A stretch of DNA of 64,000 nucleotides. Source: Prorocentrum cordatum. Its lineage: Eukaryota. The notes below the pieces were generated by a model. The model ran no database searches, was not told the origin of the DNA, and saw only the letters and a list, made by a program, of their open reading frames with translations. This document shows, piece by piece, positions 11,108 through 23,780 of this stretch. Numbering within the stretch: position 1 is the stretch's first letter; every line of letters begins with the position of its first letter. The stretch is taken from the NCBI GenBank assembly GCA_963575745.1, contig CAUYUJ010000181.1:434001-498000 (forward strand). Direction: 5' to 3'. A program made the translations under genes and the position numbers.

Positions 11108-14100
11108 GATGATGCCCACAATTGCGGTACTAACAATTGCTCATGGTTGGGTCTTTCGCCAGGCTATTTTTTTGTTCCGCGTTTGGTGCGTGGAAAAAAT
11201 GGCAAACATCCATCGCATGGTGGGACATGTGTTATACTTTCTGTTTAAGATAACATTCTTCCTTTTAAAATTCAAACAGTTCCACTTTACGATTGATGCT
11301 TCCCGTCCTATTGTTTCATTCACTTGACGCGGAAAAGCCATATCGTATAGTGGGCACGCCGGGGCACGCCACTTTACGCGAAGTGCGCCCCTGGTGAGAT
11401 TTTACACGCTAAACCTGCCACCGCCCGATCGTTAAGTGGGGTCCCTGGGCAACGGGAAATGCGCCCCGCAAATGAACTTACACAGTGAGCCTGAACCCGT
11501 CCACGTCCAATTGTTAAGTAATTTCGCCAGACATCGAAAATTTGCCGCCACGAGCGGATTTTCGCAGCGAGCACGCTTCCGCCCAATATGGAGTTGCGTC
11601 CTACAGCGACGGGTGGGTCCTGGGCCCCAGGCCCAGAACGCAGCCGTTATTGCCAGGAACGGCGGGCGACGACGACGACGACCACGGCGACGTCGACGAC
11701 GACGACGATGACGACCACGACAGCGGTGATGACGACGACGACGACCACGACGACGACGGCGACCACGGCGACCAGGACGAAAACGACATGCGTTCTCGTC
11801 ACATCGCTGGCAATTGCTTAGCTCTCGCTCCTCCGCCGAAACACCATCAGCATCCTCACTCGCCTCTTCCTTCTCATCCTCCTGCTCCTCCCCCCTCCTC
11901 CTTTTCCTTCTCTTCGCATCAACATGTTCTTTTCCCTCGCGTTCCCCCTAGCCTCCCAGCGAAGCCACAACAGACCACGGCAGCCGTCCGGGTACCTTTT
12001 TTGTATCAGCGACCGCGCGCTTCCCATTCCATCTGCCCGAGCGGCAGAGGTTGCCGACGCTACAAGGCCATTGCCGCCAGAACGATTGGAACACGCCCAA
12101 GCAGGTTCGACATCCACACAGCCGGGGATCAAATTATAACAAAGTCATCAAGGCGATCATCGTGAATGATTTGCAGACGGCAACGCCCAAATGGGATCAT
12201 TCAGCGATGTTCGCCATTCAATGTTGGCAGCGTGTGCAGGCTTGTACCATGGGCCAGGTCATTGATCGCACTTTGGCTTGCGCGCCCAGTGGCCGGGGGC
12301 GCAAGCCACTCGCACCTGCCCAGCGGACTCCTCGCCGAGGAAACCCTGCGGACCGGTGAGAACCACGTCCTCCTCCTCCACGACGGCGTCGAACGCTCCG
12401 AAATCGACGCAATCTAGCACCGCAGCGGTCGCCAACTCGCCAGGAACATCGGCTTGGCAAAAGCCTCCTCGACGGAGATGAGCGGCAGCAGCTGCGATGA
12501 CATGCGGTGCCGTAGGACGCCAGCACCAACCAGAAGGCTGAAAAGAGATGGAAGGTGGTACCAATTCCTTGGCGACCGGCTTCACGCGACCTCCAGCCCC
12601 GAACGTGACAGGCTCCACGACGCAGATCTCCACAGATGTGTCCAAGCCCGTCACCTCTCCAGGCCGCTGCCCCTTGGCCGCGGCACGCAGCTCCGAAGGC
12701 GACGCCGTGGACTCTCTCCTCCAGGGCACGGCGCACGGGCGTGAAGCGCGACGTTGCGCCTGAGGCGATCCAACCACGGCGGCACCCGACCAGCGGCCCG
12801 ATGCTGCAGCGCCGGGATGCCCGCCGCGATGCGGTCCGCGAGCGCGGCGTCGCCCGCCAGGGCCGAAAGGGCAGACTCGGCGAGCTCGAGCCGCGCCTCC
12901 AGCTGCTTCCGCTCGAGCCGCGGATCGGCTGCCGCTACTCGCCGCTAATCCGCCAACAGTTTGGCCAAGACAGGCTTCCATCAACAACGAACGTAAGCGA
13001 TCACGACGGCCGCCCATGCGACGGCCGCCCATGCGACGGCACGGCCCATGACATCCTGTCGAGCTGCGCGAGCTCGAGCCGAGCTCGAGCAACTCGACAC
13101 GGCGTTCCGAACAGCACAAGCGGCAGCCTCCCGAGCACGTGCACGACGGGCCCTCCGCGCCGCCGACGCCGACTCCCAGACGCCCTCGGAAAAGGGCGCC
13201 TCCCGCAGCCGCCATGCTCGCACCGCCCGACGGGCCAGGGGGTTCGAGCCAGCATGCGCCAACATGGCCACGGACCTACTCTAGGAGGGAGAGGGAGGTC
13301 AGAGAAGGGGGGAGGAGGAGGAGGAGGAGGAGAAGGATTAACGGGACGGGGGAGGAGTTGAGAAAGGGGTAGGGAAGGAAAGAGAGAGGAGGGGGGAGGA
13401 GGGAGTAAGGCAAGGAAGGGGGGAGGGAGAGGAGCTGGAGGAGGATATCCTCGATGATCGACGATCCTACTCGATCCTCGATGCTCCTCCATCTCCGTCA
13501 TGGGAAGGAGCCGCTCCAGCTTCCGCAGAGCCTTCCTCCTTCGGCGGCGTGCGAGGAGGGCCAGACTGGGGAGGCGGCCCTCTGAGAACGCGGCCTGGAA
13601 AGGAGCGCTCCTCCTCCTGCTCTTCCTCCTCCTCCTCCCCTCCTCCTCCTCCTCCTCCTCCCTCCGCCCCCTCCTCCTCCTCCTCCTCCTCCTCCTCCTC
13701 CTCCTCCTTCTCAACCTCCTCCTCCTCCTCCTCCTCCTCCTCCTCCTCCTCCTCCTCCTGACCATCATCATCATCCGCCTTCCTTCTTCCTCCTCCTCGA
13801 TCCTCGAGGATGACGGTTGTTGCACGGTTCCGAACCTTCCTGGTCCTGGAGGGCCTCGGGTGACCTCCGTTGACGACCATGCCCCGCCATCCCCCCCGAC
13901 CACACACACAAACACACCTCTGGGAGGCGGGGGGGGCTTCTTTAGAAGAAGAACAACTTGCATAAACATAAACTTTCGACGGTCTGCGCGGATTTCTTGG
14001 ATCTCTGCTAGACCCCCCTCCCTCGCGCGCGGAGCGCGCCAGGGGCGGTGCCGGAGGCGCCGCCCCGGGGGGCCCAACGCGGGTCCAAGAAACCCGCGCG

Positions 14101-14687
14101 GAGCGCCAAAAGTTTATATTTACGCCGTTTTTTCGTCGGCCGGGATGCGGGGGTGGGCTTCTTTTCTTGCACTCACTCCCCGCACGTAACGACATCAACC
14201 ACACTCCCGAGCAGCTGCCGTCACAGAGGAGTCGCCGGAGCTCGCTCTCTAAAGTGCGCAGGGCGCCGCCGCCGCCACGCCGGCGGGCCTTCTGCGAGGG
14301 ACCCCCCTCCCCCGCCCGACCCGACACCAGACGCCCGACGCCGCAGCGGTTCTATCCAAGTCGTCGCCCCCCGACCTGGAACCCCGCTCCCGGGGGGGAA
14401 CGTTCTGCTCGCCCTGCCTCCTTGATGGCGCCCTGGGCCCCGGAAGCGGGCTCCCGGATCGGCGCCAATGGCAGCGCTGGAGGTGCCGCCACAGGGGGCC
14501 GGTGCCATTCCGAGTTACTCCGCACGGACCTCCAGAAACCCTCCTCCTCCTCCTCCTCCTCCTCCTCCTCCTCCTCCTCCTCCTCCTCCTCCTCCTCCTC
14601 CTCCTCTTCCTCTTCCTCTTCCTCTTCCTCCTCCGCCTCCTTCATGATTTTGTTGTGAAGGGGGGCACAAAGAAGGCAAACCTACTT

Positions 14688-14803
14688 CCGGCTACTCCCC
14701 GGACCTCTCCTGGGGTGCGCTCCGACCAGAATCTCGAGGCGGACGCGGCCATGGCGACGATGGCCTCGCAGGAGGCCCACCAAAGGCGAAACGAGGCAAA
14801 AAG
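14688..14803 (+). repeat. Family M dispersed repeat; second copy at 57762-57878
   Basis: GCTACTCCCCGG.CCTCTCC.GGGGTGCG.TC.GACCA.AT.TCG.GGCG.A..C.G...GGCGACGA.GGCCTC.CAGGA.GCCCA. Confidence 0.8.
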
Positions 14804-14825
14804 GTGGTGGCATCAGCACCTGTGC

Positions 14826-14898
14826 CTCCCCTGAGCTGCCCCTCCTCTTCGCGGCAGCCGCGGAGGAACTGTCCGACTGCACTCCGGACGTCGGAGGA
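14826..14898 (-). CDS. Candidate exon (SSDVRSAVGQFLRGCREEEGQLRG)
   Basis: CCAG| acceptor, GAG|GC donor, open frame; lies next to a family-B hairpin element. Joins not verified. Confidence 0.3.
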
Positions 14899-14926
14899 CT
14901 GGAGCCCCCGCCCCCCCCGGTTACGC

Positions 14927-15107
14927 TTAAGTCGGGCCTGTCCCCCTACACAGGGGGATTTTCGACGAAAAATAAAACATACCCCAAAAATACTTCAAAA
15001 GGTCAAAAAATATAAAAATATCCCCTGACTATTTTTGGAATATTGTTTGGGGTATGTTGAAATTTTCGTCGAAAATCCCCCTGTAGGGGGACACAGGCCC
15101 GACTTAA
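14927..15107. mobile_element. Family B MITE-like element with TTAA ends. Other copies at about 8083-8243, 23788-23944, 40063-40219, 59705-59858; half copy at 8442-8476
   Basis: TIR GTCGGGC(A/C)TGTCCCCCTACA...TGTAG(A/G)GGGAC..GCCCGAC with an AT-rich interior. This copy is a near-complete hairpin bounded by TTAA. Confidence 0.82.
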
Positions 15108-15259
15108 GGTTAAGCCCGAGGTGGGTCTGACGCAGACGGGTCCGCGGGGAGAGGCGCCATAGCCTCTGCAAGAGGTGGCGCCTGGATGCATCCGTCTGCG
15201 CGCTGGGTGCATCAGTTGCGCGTGGACGCAATTCGTCTAGCTTCCTTTGCTCGCCACAG

Positions 15260-15412
15260 GTGAAGGGGCCCTAGCCCTAGGACACACAAATATATATTTT
15301 CCCATATTGTTGGAGGTGAGGTTTTGTCTCCCCCCCCACTTCCCATATTTTCCCAGATTTTCCGGGGAATCGTCGAGTAATTATGCCTGGTGTGCTTCTT
15401 TCCCTCCTGAAC
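15260..15412 (+). repeat. Family H AT-rich dispersed repeat; second copy at 47735-47897
   Basis: TGAAGGGGCC...GGACACACAAAT...CCCCCCACTTCCCATATTTTCC...TTTTCCGGGGAATCG.CGA.TAATT.TG.CTG.TGTG.TT.TT.CCTCCTGA in both. Confidence 0.85.
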
Positions 15413-15764
15413 GGGTGCTGCCCGTGCACAGAGCTCGTGCCCCTCCGCAGAGAGCTGCGCACACCACGGCGCGCGACGGTGCGCAGCAGCACCTGCAGCG
15501 TGCCGCCCCGGCTGCCCCGGCGGCGGGCGGTGCCTCGCGACCGGAGAGGAGAGCGCCGCTCCGTGCCGCGGGGCGGGAGGCTCGGAGGGAGCTCGGGGGG
15601 GACGCGGGTTTGCGTGGGGACCGGGAGCGGACGGCGTGTCGCGCCGACGCGGGGTGGCCCAGGTCCTCCTCCTCCTCCTCCTCCTCCTCCTCCTCCTCCT
15701 CCTCCTCCTCCTCCTCCTCCTCCTCGGCCGTGCCAGGAGAGCCAGGGGAAGGGCTGCAGCGGAG

Positions 15765-15940
15765 GCCAGTCCACAAGAGGCCTCCCACAGGGAAGCCCAA
15801 CCCCCTGAGGCCCCAGGACGTCCACCGGTTCTTGGTGTGGGCACGTCGCGCTCTCCACGGCACGGCCATCGAGACCCAGGAAACCCAGGGCACCCTGGAG
15901 GCAAGCAGCGTGTTCCTTGGTATGGGCCCCCACTGTAGAG
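15765..15940. repeat. Family G dispersed repeat; inverted copy at 22345-22525, interrupted copy at 39438-39560 plus 39785-39822
   Basis: Shared CCACAAG..CC.TCCACA.GAA.CCCA...GACGTCC...GGT(G)TGGG..CGTC...CCATCGA.ACCCA.GAA.CCCA.GGCA..CTGGAGGCA.GC. Confidence 0.75.
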
Positions 15941-16897
15941 GAAGCTGCATGAACATAAACTGTCGACGGTCCGCGCGGAGTTCTTGGATCTGCGCTGGAT
16001 CCCCGCGCGCCAGGAGCGGCGCCGGAGGCGCCGCCAAGGGGTGCCCAGCGCAGATCCGTGAAATCCGCGAGGAGCTCCGAAGGTCTATGTTGATGCCGTT
16101 TTTCTTCGAGCAGCCTTACACGATCCATGAACGACCGCACATCTCACCGCCGACCCATCTGCACCAGACTTGGGCGTCGCTTATAGGCGGGGGGCGATAC
16201 ATGGGGGGGGAGAGTGGTGCACTTCTCGGGCCCTGTAGGCCCCCTTTGGGGCCCGAAAGGGTCCCTTTCTAGGCGCGCTGCACGGCCCCTCTTCTGCAGC
16301 CCTCGCCGCCCCCCCCAGTTGTCGCTCCCCCCTTACCCAGAGACCCCCGACGTCGTGATGCTTTCAACACGTCGACCCTCAGAGCTCTCCACCCAGTCCC
16401 CTGGAATACCTTTTCATCTTTCGAAGCCGTTGTCTGACGGCCCCGCGGGGGCTGGCGCGGGCTTCGAGGAGGTCGCAAATTAGGACAAACCTCCCGCCAT
16501 GATTTTTGTTGTCATTGCCCGAGGGGGTCAGGTACGCGACGCCCGACAGTCCCACCAGTCCGGCTCGGACCGGTCCTCCTCCTCCCCCTCCTCCTCCTCC
16601 TCCTCTTCCTCCTCCTCCTCCTCCTCCTTCTCCTCCTCCTCTTCCTGGGATCGTCCGAACCCGGTCAATCCAGACCCGGGTCAGCCAGGCCTTGCAGAGT
16701 CCTGCAAGATCCTGCGCCCAAGCGCGGGTCCACGCAGAGGATCCTGCAAGATCCTGCAGGATCCTGCGCCCAAGCCCGGGTCAATGCGCCCCTGGCCCTG
16801 CAGGATCCTGCAAGGTCTGGCGCTCTGGCTGACCCCCGTCTGCACTGACCCCCGTCTCGAGGCTCCCGATCAGACCCCCGCTGCTCGCCGCCGGCTC

Positions 16898-16941
16898 CTG
16901 CTCTCGGCGCTCTCGGCCGCGGCCACGTCTTGCAGCAGCGC
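16898..16941 (-). CDS. Candidate short exon (ALLQDVAAAESAES in phase 0; frame not fixed)
   Basis: GAG|G acceptor, CAG|GA donor. Unique GC-rich island enclosed by an inverted pair of family-I repeats, as is the 47.1 kb exon. Confidence 0.38.
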
Positions 16942-17054
16942 CTCGCGTGCGCAGGGCGCGCCCCCCGCCCCCCCCCCCGGGGGCCCCGCCCCGCGAGCCG
17001 CACGGGCGGGCGCGCGCGGAGCAGGGGTGTACTCACCTGGAGACCCAGACCCCC

Positions 17055-17240
17055 TCGGGTCATGAAAAAAATCACGGCGGCAGGTCTTTCCCTGCTCTCG
17101 GCCCCGGGAGGCCCTCACGGGCCCCTCGGGGCCGGGACGAAATAAACTCGGGACGAAGAGCCGGTCCCAGAGAACGGGCCCCCGGACCGCTGGGGGTCCA
17201 CGTCATGAGAAGTTCGTGGCGTCGGGGACCTATGGGGACC
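17055..17240. repeat. Family I dispersed repeat (about 180 bp). Same orientation at 47435-47605 and 58912-59082; opposite orientation at 16337-16530, 23388-23537, 38632-38705 and 46748-46895
   Basis: Shared GGGTCATGAAA...TTCCCT...TCGGCC.C.GG.GGCCCTCAC...ACTC..GA.GAA...CGCTGGGGGTCCACGTCAT...TG.CGTCGGGG..CT.GGG, or its reverse complement. Copies are clearly diverged. Confidence 0.7.
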
Positions 17241-20139
17241 CCGTTCTCCAACGATGTGGTGCTGGAAACCCTCGCGCTGCGTCAAACTCTCGGCCCTCTG
17301 CGGCCGGCCTCGGGCTCTGGCAGCCTCGAAACCGGCGGCGAGCGAGGGGAAGAACTGAGAAGGAGAAGGCCTCCTCGGAAGGCGGCGGGACTTCGGAGAG
17401 CCCTCGCGCCTTCTGAGAGAAGCGTTGTTTGTGTCCTCGGGGAAGGCTCCGAGAGCTCCTCAGAAGGCCGGTGGACTTCCGAGCCCTCTGAGGAGGCCTT
17501 CTCCCTCTCGCTTCTCCCCCTCTCGGCTACACGCAAGAGGGACCCTGGGTACGAGTGACCTTTGCTGCGCGGCTTCTGGTGGGCCGCGGGGAGGCCAAAC
17601 CCGAGCGCACAAGACGCTGCGACCGCCTCGCGTTGAATCGCTGGGGGGCCCCACTGCGCCCGCACCAAAGGCCACTCCAGCGAGAGGTCACTCTTACGTC
17701 TGGTCGACCCTCGCCCGCCGCCGAATCGAGCACAGACCCTGGGCGACAAGCCGCCCCAGCGGTGGAAGGGGGTCCGACGCTCTGGGGGTGGCGTGCTCGT
17801 CCCGGCGCCCCTCTGGGCTGCCTGCCCCTCCCCACCCCTCCCCTCCCCTCCCCTCGCTCCTCCCCTCCCCTCGCTGCTCCCCTCCCCACCCTCCTCCCTC
17901 CCCTCCCCTCCCCTCCCCTCCCTCCCTCCCTCGGTCCCTCCTCCCTCCCGCCCCTCCCCTCCACAATTGTTCAATATGAAAAAACTCTCCCTCTTCCCCT
18001 GATGGCGTCCGGGTGATGGCCGCGCACCCTCCGCGTACTGTTTTTTACACACAAGATGCCCGGGAAATCCCGGGAAACGACTCTCGCTGAGGCGCCGGCG
18101 TCATTTTTTCCCAAAATGCTGCTCTCGTGAGGCGCCGGCCTCATTTCTGCTCCCGAATCGTTCCGAATCGTGCTCCCGCTGCAGCGTGGGCCTCATTTTC
18201 GGATCGGTGTTTGGCCTCCGTCGTTCAGGATGGCGTTCTCGCCCCAGCGCGGGCCTCTCGCGCGCCCCCGCCCCCCGCCCGCCCCGCACCGCCACCCACG
18301 CACCACGCACGCGCACCACCACCCACTACGCACGCGCGCGCGGAGCCACAGGTCCGCTACGACACGCGTCCGCGGATAGAGAAAATCAGCGCCATGGTAA
18401 GGGATGGGAGGGAGGGGTAGGACGTCAGATATGACGCGAGCGTACCTAGCTTGCCTCCCCCCCCTCCCTCCCCTCCTCCCTCTCTCCCGCCCCTCCCCTC
18501 CCCTCCCCTCCCCTCCTTCCCTCCCCTCCCTCCCTCCCTCCTTCTCAGATCCTTGCTGCATGCGTGAATACGCCCACTTTGCCACCTAGCTGGTCGATGG
18601 CGACCCCATCCTGGGCCTCCCATCGTACCCATCAGAAGCAGTACGAAGTGTACACGTCTGAAGTCAACGTGGACGTCACGTCGCCAGCGTTGCACGGTGC
18701 GCGGCAAGAGTGGGACGGGGCGCACATCCCGCGCGGAGGGTGAAATTTCGCTCTCGCCTGGACGCCGCGCTCAGTTCCTCCGAATTGGGTTCCCGCTTGG
18801 GCGCAGAGCTCATTTTTCGTGGGAGATTTCGTCGGCCGCGGGGTCGCGGGCGAGCGGACGTGTCGCTCTCGCCTCGGCGTCGCGCAGATGTCGCCTGAAA
18901 GCGGCGCTTCTGCTTGGGCGCGTCGCGAATTCATCACTCGCCGAGTGGTTGGGGGCGAGGCCGCGAGAGAGTAGGAGAATGGTCGCCCTCGCGTTTCCAT
19001 ATAGATTTCGCCTGCAAGTGGCGTTCCCGCTCCTGGACGTGGCGCACGTTTTCCGCTGAGTCGCCCGAGAGCGGGAGCAATGCTGCTCCCACCCTAGCGC
19101 CCTACAAGTTGTGCGTGAACCTGGCAGCGGTGCTGCCTCGACAAGGCGCATGCTTCGTCTTCGCCGTGCCAAGCGGAGACTCCGAGACGCGGGAGAAGGC
19201 AGAACATGGTTTTCTCGCCACAGCGTCGCGCAAGGATTTGCCCGCGTCTTTCCCCTCGGCCAGGTCGTCGGAAGCGGAACGGCGCGCGAGAGCCTTCCGT
19301 TCGCTAAGTGAGGACGCGTTCCAGCCCCAAAGCCTGGCTGCGCCACCATCTGGTGTGACTCTTACGTAATGGGAAGGAGGGTAAGAAACGGCAAGGGCCC
19401 AGTGACTCGTTCGACCTGGCTAAGTTGGCCTGTCCTCCTCCTCCTCCTCCTCCTCCTCCTCCTCCTCCTCCTCCTCCTCCTCCTCCTCCTCCTCCTCCTC
19501 CTCCTCCTCCTCCCCCTCCTCTGCCTTCGCGGTGGCTTGACATTCCACCAACCACCCAGAGATCTACACAGCGCCCTCCTCCTGCTCCTCCTCCTCCTCA
19601 TCCTCCTCCTCCTCCTGCTCCTCCTCCTCGCCCTCCTCCTCCTCCTCCTCCCCTCCTCCTCCTCCATCACCTCCTGCTCCTGCTCCTCGGGGACCCTCTT
19701 CCTGTAGCTGCCGCTGTCGGCTTTGGTGTTCGTCTGAACGAAGCCACCCTTCCCTCCCCCCTGTCGGGGGCGGTCGCCCCTGGAGGGGGGCGCTGGTCAA
19801 ACCTAATTCGGTTCTCCGCAAGAAGAAAAACGGCAGAGACCCTCCAAGGCACGAGGGCCTTGGAAGGCCATGCCGACACCTTTCGAGCGGGGCGCGGCCA
19901 GCGAACGTGGCCGAGGATGGACGGAAAGGGGGGAAGGAGGCGAGGGCAACCGTGGAAAGCCGCTCACCCCTACGAGGCGGAGGACCTGTAGGGCGAGGGA
20001 GGGCAGTGGGCAGGCGGCAAACGTTGCAGCGAAGAGGAAGCGGGGGTCGGCTGGAGGTGGCCGAGAGGCAGCGGTGAAGAGCCGGCGGTGGCGTGCGGTC
20101 GCCCTGGCCATTACTTCCGCCCATTGCCCAAGGTGTGTG

Positions 20140-20850
20140 CCTCCTCCTCCTCCTCCTCCTCCTCCTCCTCCTCCTCATCCACGTCCTTCTCCTCCTCCTC
20201 CTCCTCGTCCTCGTCCTCGTCCTTCTCCTCCTCCTCCTCCTCCTCCTCCTCGTCCTCCTCCTCCTCCTCCTCCTCCTCTCATCATCATCCCCTCCTCCTC
20301 CACCACCTCCGCCTCCTCCTCCTCCTCGTCCTTCTCCTCCTCCTCCTCCTCCTCCTCCTCCTCCTCCTCCTCCTCCTCCTCCTCTTGCCCGCCATCTACC
20401 TCCGTGGTGGCTTTGCCCGGCGCTGGCCATCCAGAAGAGGTCTCGCACCGCGCCCTCTCGGAGCGCCGCAAGGGCGGCGGAGGCCTTGGCCCGACGGAGA
20501 AGCACCCCCGTGCTTGGCATGGCCCGTCTTGAGGCCGTCACGCGCGAAGGAGGAGCAGGAGGAGACTGGAGGAGGAGGAGGAGGAGGAGGAGGAGGAGGA
20601 GGGAGGAGGAGGAGGAGGTGGAGAGGAGGAGGTGGAGGAGGAGGAGGCTGGGGAGGAGGAGGAGGCGAGGGGAGGAGGAGGAGGAGGAGGAGAGGAGGAG
20701 GAGGAGGAGGTGAGGAGGAGGAGGAGGAAAGGGAGGAGGAGGAGGAGGAGGAGGAGGAGGCGGAGGAGGCGGAGGCGGAGGAGGGAGGATGAGGAAGAGG
20801 AGGATGAGGAAGAGGAGGGGGAGGAGGAGGAGGAGGAGGAGGAGGCGAGG
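20140..20850. repeat. (CCT)n and (GGA)n microsatellites, representative of more than 25 such tracts in the window
   Basis: Direct inspection. Others at 6350-6440, 13610-13760, 19433-19680, 25780-25912, 44735-44850, 62512-62700, 63580-63945. Confidence 0.95.
20400..20484 (-). CDS. Candidate exon (ASAALAALREGAVRDLFWMASAGQSHHG)
   Basis: Unique GC-rich island between (CCT)n and (GGA)n tracts. AAG|G acceptor, GAG|GT donor; phase fits after 23591. Confidence 0.4.
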
Positions 20851-23590
20851 TCCAGTCTCGCAGCTGCTCGTCCACGGCCCTGGGCCGTCACGCGCCAAAG
20901 AGGAGCAGGAGGACTGGAGAGCCTCCCTCTCCATCCCCTCTCGCACCCCGAGGCGGGTCGGTGGGCGGGGGGGGGGGGAAGGGGGCAAGGCTTTTCGCCC
21001 GAGATTTCTGTTGTTCCCATCGTACTCAAGGACCACATCCCAGAAAAACAAGTTCGAGCACCTGGAGGAGTATGGAAACGGTGTCGAAGGAGTATCGCAT
21101 GCCAGGGCCCGACACGTGAAAACAAACCGTCTAGTTTCGGTATTTTCTTGGTGTTCGAATTTCTTTCTGGTGGCCAAGGCTTAACTAGGTTGGGACATCA
21201 CAACCCGAGACGTCCTCCCTATGAATGATCTTGAAGCTTGGAAGTTGCAGCAGCTTCACTGATCGAGGGCGGGTCCTTCTCAAAATGTGGCGCTCGCCTC
21301 ATCGCCGCGCACATTCGTCGTAAAAGCTTGCAAGAGCTTCACGGATGGAGGACGGGCGGCTTTCAACATGCGGCTCTCGCCTTCGAGCCGCGCACATTCG
21401 TCTTAACAGTTTGCAGGGGTTTTACAGATGGAGGGCAGCGCACGTTCAAGATGTGGCTCTCGCCGTTGCGCCACGCAGATTCGTCGCAACGGTTTCACAT
21501 CAGCGTCATCGACTATTGTGGCTGACGTCCCGGAACTCATGTTTTGGAACGATTTGGGATTGGCAGGGCGCGGCAGTCACGTTGATTCGCGGTGCTGACG
21601 TTCCAGGAACGGCGTTCTGGCACGATGTAGGGTCGTCAGATGGCAACAAGAGAGCTGATTCGCGGCGTCGAAGCCCCGGGAACGGTGGTTTGGCACGGCT
21701 GAAGATGTTCAGACGGTCGTCTTCCAACGGGGCTCTTCCCGCGGTGCAAACAGATCCTTATATGAGCCTGTGAAGAGGGAACTTGGAGGGGTGGTGTATT
21801 GCAACATCGTTGATGGGTCTTCGGTTTGCACTGGTCCTCCTCCTCCTCCTCCTCCTCCTCCTCCTCCTCCTCCTCCTCCTCCTCCTCATCGTCACCATTA
21901 TCCTCCTCCCTCGCCTTCCCTGCTCTTGTCCACCCTTCCTCCCTCTCTCCCCCCTCCCTCCCCCCTTCCTCCCTCCCCCCTTCCTCCCTCCCCCCATCCT
22001 CCTGTCTAGTCGTTTTGAATGTTCTGCTAGCTGCAGCGCTGGGCCGGCAGGCCGACAGCTGACAGGCCATCGGCTTCCACAGCTTCGCAATCCCAAATCC
22101 GCGCCTCACCGACTCTCCCCCCCCCTCCTTCTCCTCCCTCCCCCCCATTCTCCTCTCTCCGTCCTCTGCTCCAGGCGAGGACTGAGGGAAGGGAGAAGAC
22201 ACCCCCAGGCGTGCACCCACCTCCCAGCAAACAGATCGAGACCGCTGGCTTGGCACCGCGATATCTTTTGGCCCTCCCGAGCACCACCGCCGGCTCGTAC
22301 ACCGCGTCGCGGAACGCTGCAGCGGCCTCTGTGGAAGAAGAACTGCGTACAATGGGGGCCCATGCCAAGGAACACCCCGCTTGCCTCCAGTTTGCCATGG
22401 GTTTCTTGGGTTTCGATGGTTTTGCTATGGAAAGCGAGACGTTCCCACACCAAGAACCAACGGACGTCCGGGGGGCTCAGGGCTGGGTTTCTTGTGGAAG
22501 GTTCATTGTGGACTGGACTCCACTGTAAACATGAACTGTCGGAGGACCAGGCGGATTCCTTTGATCGGCGCTGGTTGCCCCTCCCCCTGGCGCGCGGAGC
22601 ATGCCAGGAGCAGCGCCGCAGGCGCCGCTAAAGGGGGCCCAGCGCAGATCCAAGAGATCCGTGCGGACCTCCCGAAGTTGATGCTTACGTTAGCGGCGAG
22701 CGCGGGGGGAAACGAGAAGGGGCGGGCCTTCTCAGAAGGCTCGGAAGTCCCCCGGGCCTTCCGAGAAGTGTCCTAAGCCTCCCCCGAAGGCCAACAACAA
22801 ACTCCTCGGAAGGCGCGAGAACCTCTGAGCAGTCCCGCCGCCTTCTGAGAAGGCCCTCTCCTGCTCACTCACCCCGCCTTCGCTCGCCGCCGATTGCGGT
22901 CGGGAGCTGCTGCATCGAGTGTCGCGGAGGCGGCCCCGGCGACAAAGCTGTGCCCTGCAAGCGGACAGCGTGCCGCTCCTCCCCTCGGGGTGGGCGGCCG
23001 GGAGCCGCGCGGGGCCGGGAGGCCTGCGGGCGATCACGCGGACCGCGCGCCGCGCCGAAGCGTGGAGGGCCACCACGGGCGCGCTCCACGACTCGAGACA
23101 CACGACCCGTCACATCGAGGCGCGCATGCGTGTTTCGTTTCAGGCGTCTGCGAGTACACCCTGCGAAATGCTTAAGAAATCATGGGTTAAGAAATTCATA
23201 GTCTCAGAATTTGAATAAAAACTCCAAATTTCTACCAACTTTGTAGGATTTACATTGAAACATTAAGAATAAGCGAGACTCTGGCCGAAAATTTTAGTTT
23301 TCTTAAGCATCGCCTAAGGTGTAGGCACTTTGCGAGCAGTGGCGCGCGCTCGGCGAGAAAGCCAACCTTCCCGACCGTGTTTGCCGTTCCCAGACCCCCG
23401 GCGCCGTGAATATTTCGTGACGTGGACCCCCAACAGTTTGCACCCCTTCCACGGGACCGGTTCTTCGTCCCGAATCGTTCCTTGACGGTCCCGAGGATCG
23501 GTAAGGGGCCCCCAGGGGCCGAAAACAGCAAAACATGCCCCGTCCTGTTGGCCTAACTCGAGGGGGTCTGGGTCGTTTCCCCTTCGATGC

Positions 23591-23780
23591 CTCGTGGCGT
23601 GGCGAGCCAGGCGCCGCGGGCGTCGCGCCGGGCGAGGCCAGGGCCTCGGCCAGCTCGGCCCAGTTCTCGCCGCGGTCCTCCTCGCACAGGGGCGAGCTCG
23701 CGTGCGCCAGGAACTGCCGCGCGAGCGAGGCGAGCGCGCGGTCCTCGGAGAACCCCGCGTTCGCGAGCGCCCAGAGCATC
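23591..23780 (-). CDS. Exon of helical-repeat gene (MLWALANAGFSEDRALASLARQFLAHASSPLCEEDRGENWAELAEALASPG...)
   Basis: Acceptor CCCCAG|G in the correct phase; repeat motif MLWALANAG. The 3' boundary (GAG|GC at 23591) is less certain. Confidence 0.78.

Noticed and set aside
13470..13600. Further host-gene exons (also 15420-15540, 25560-25650, 31300-31400, 38210-38320, 38990-39145, 49595-49700)
   Set aside because: These are GC-rich islands with possible splice signals, but I found no convincing in-frame join or repeat motif. They are unresolved rather than excluded.
22732..23113. Minus-strand exon of the host gene
   Set aside because: The segment is a copy of dispersed repeat family C.
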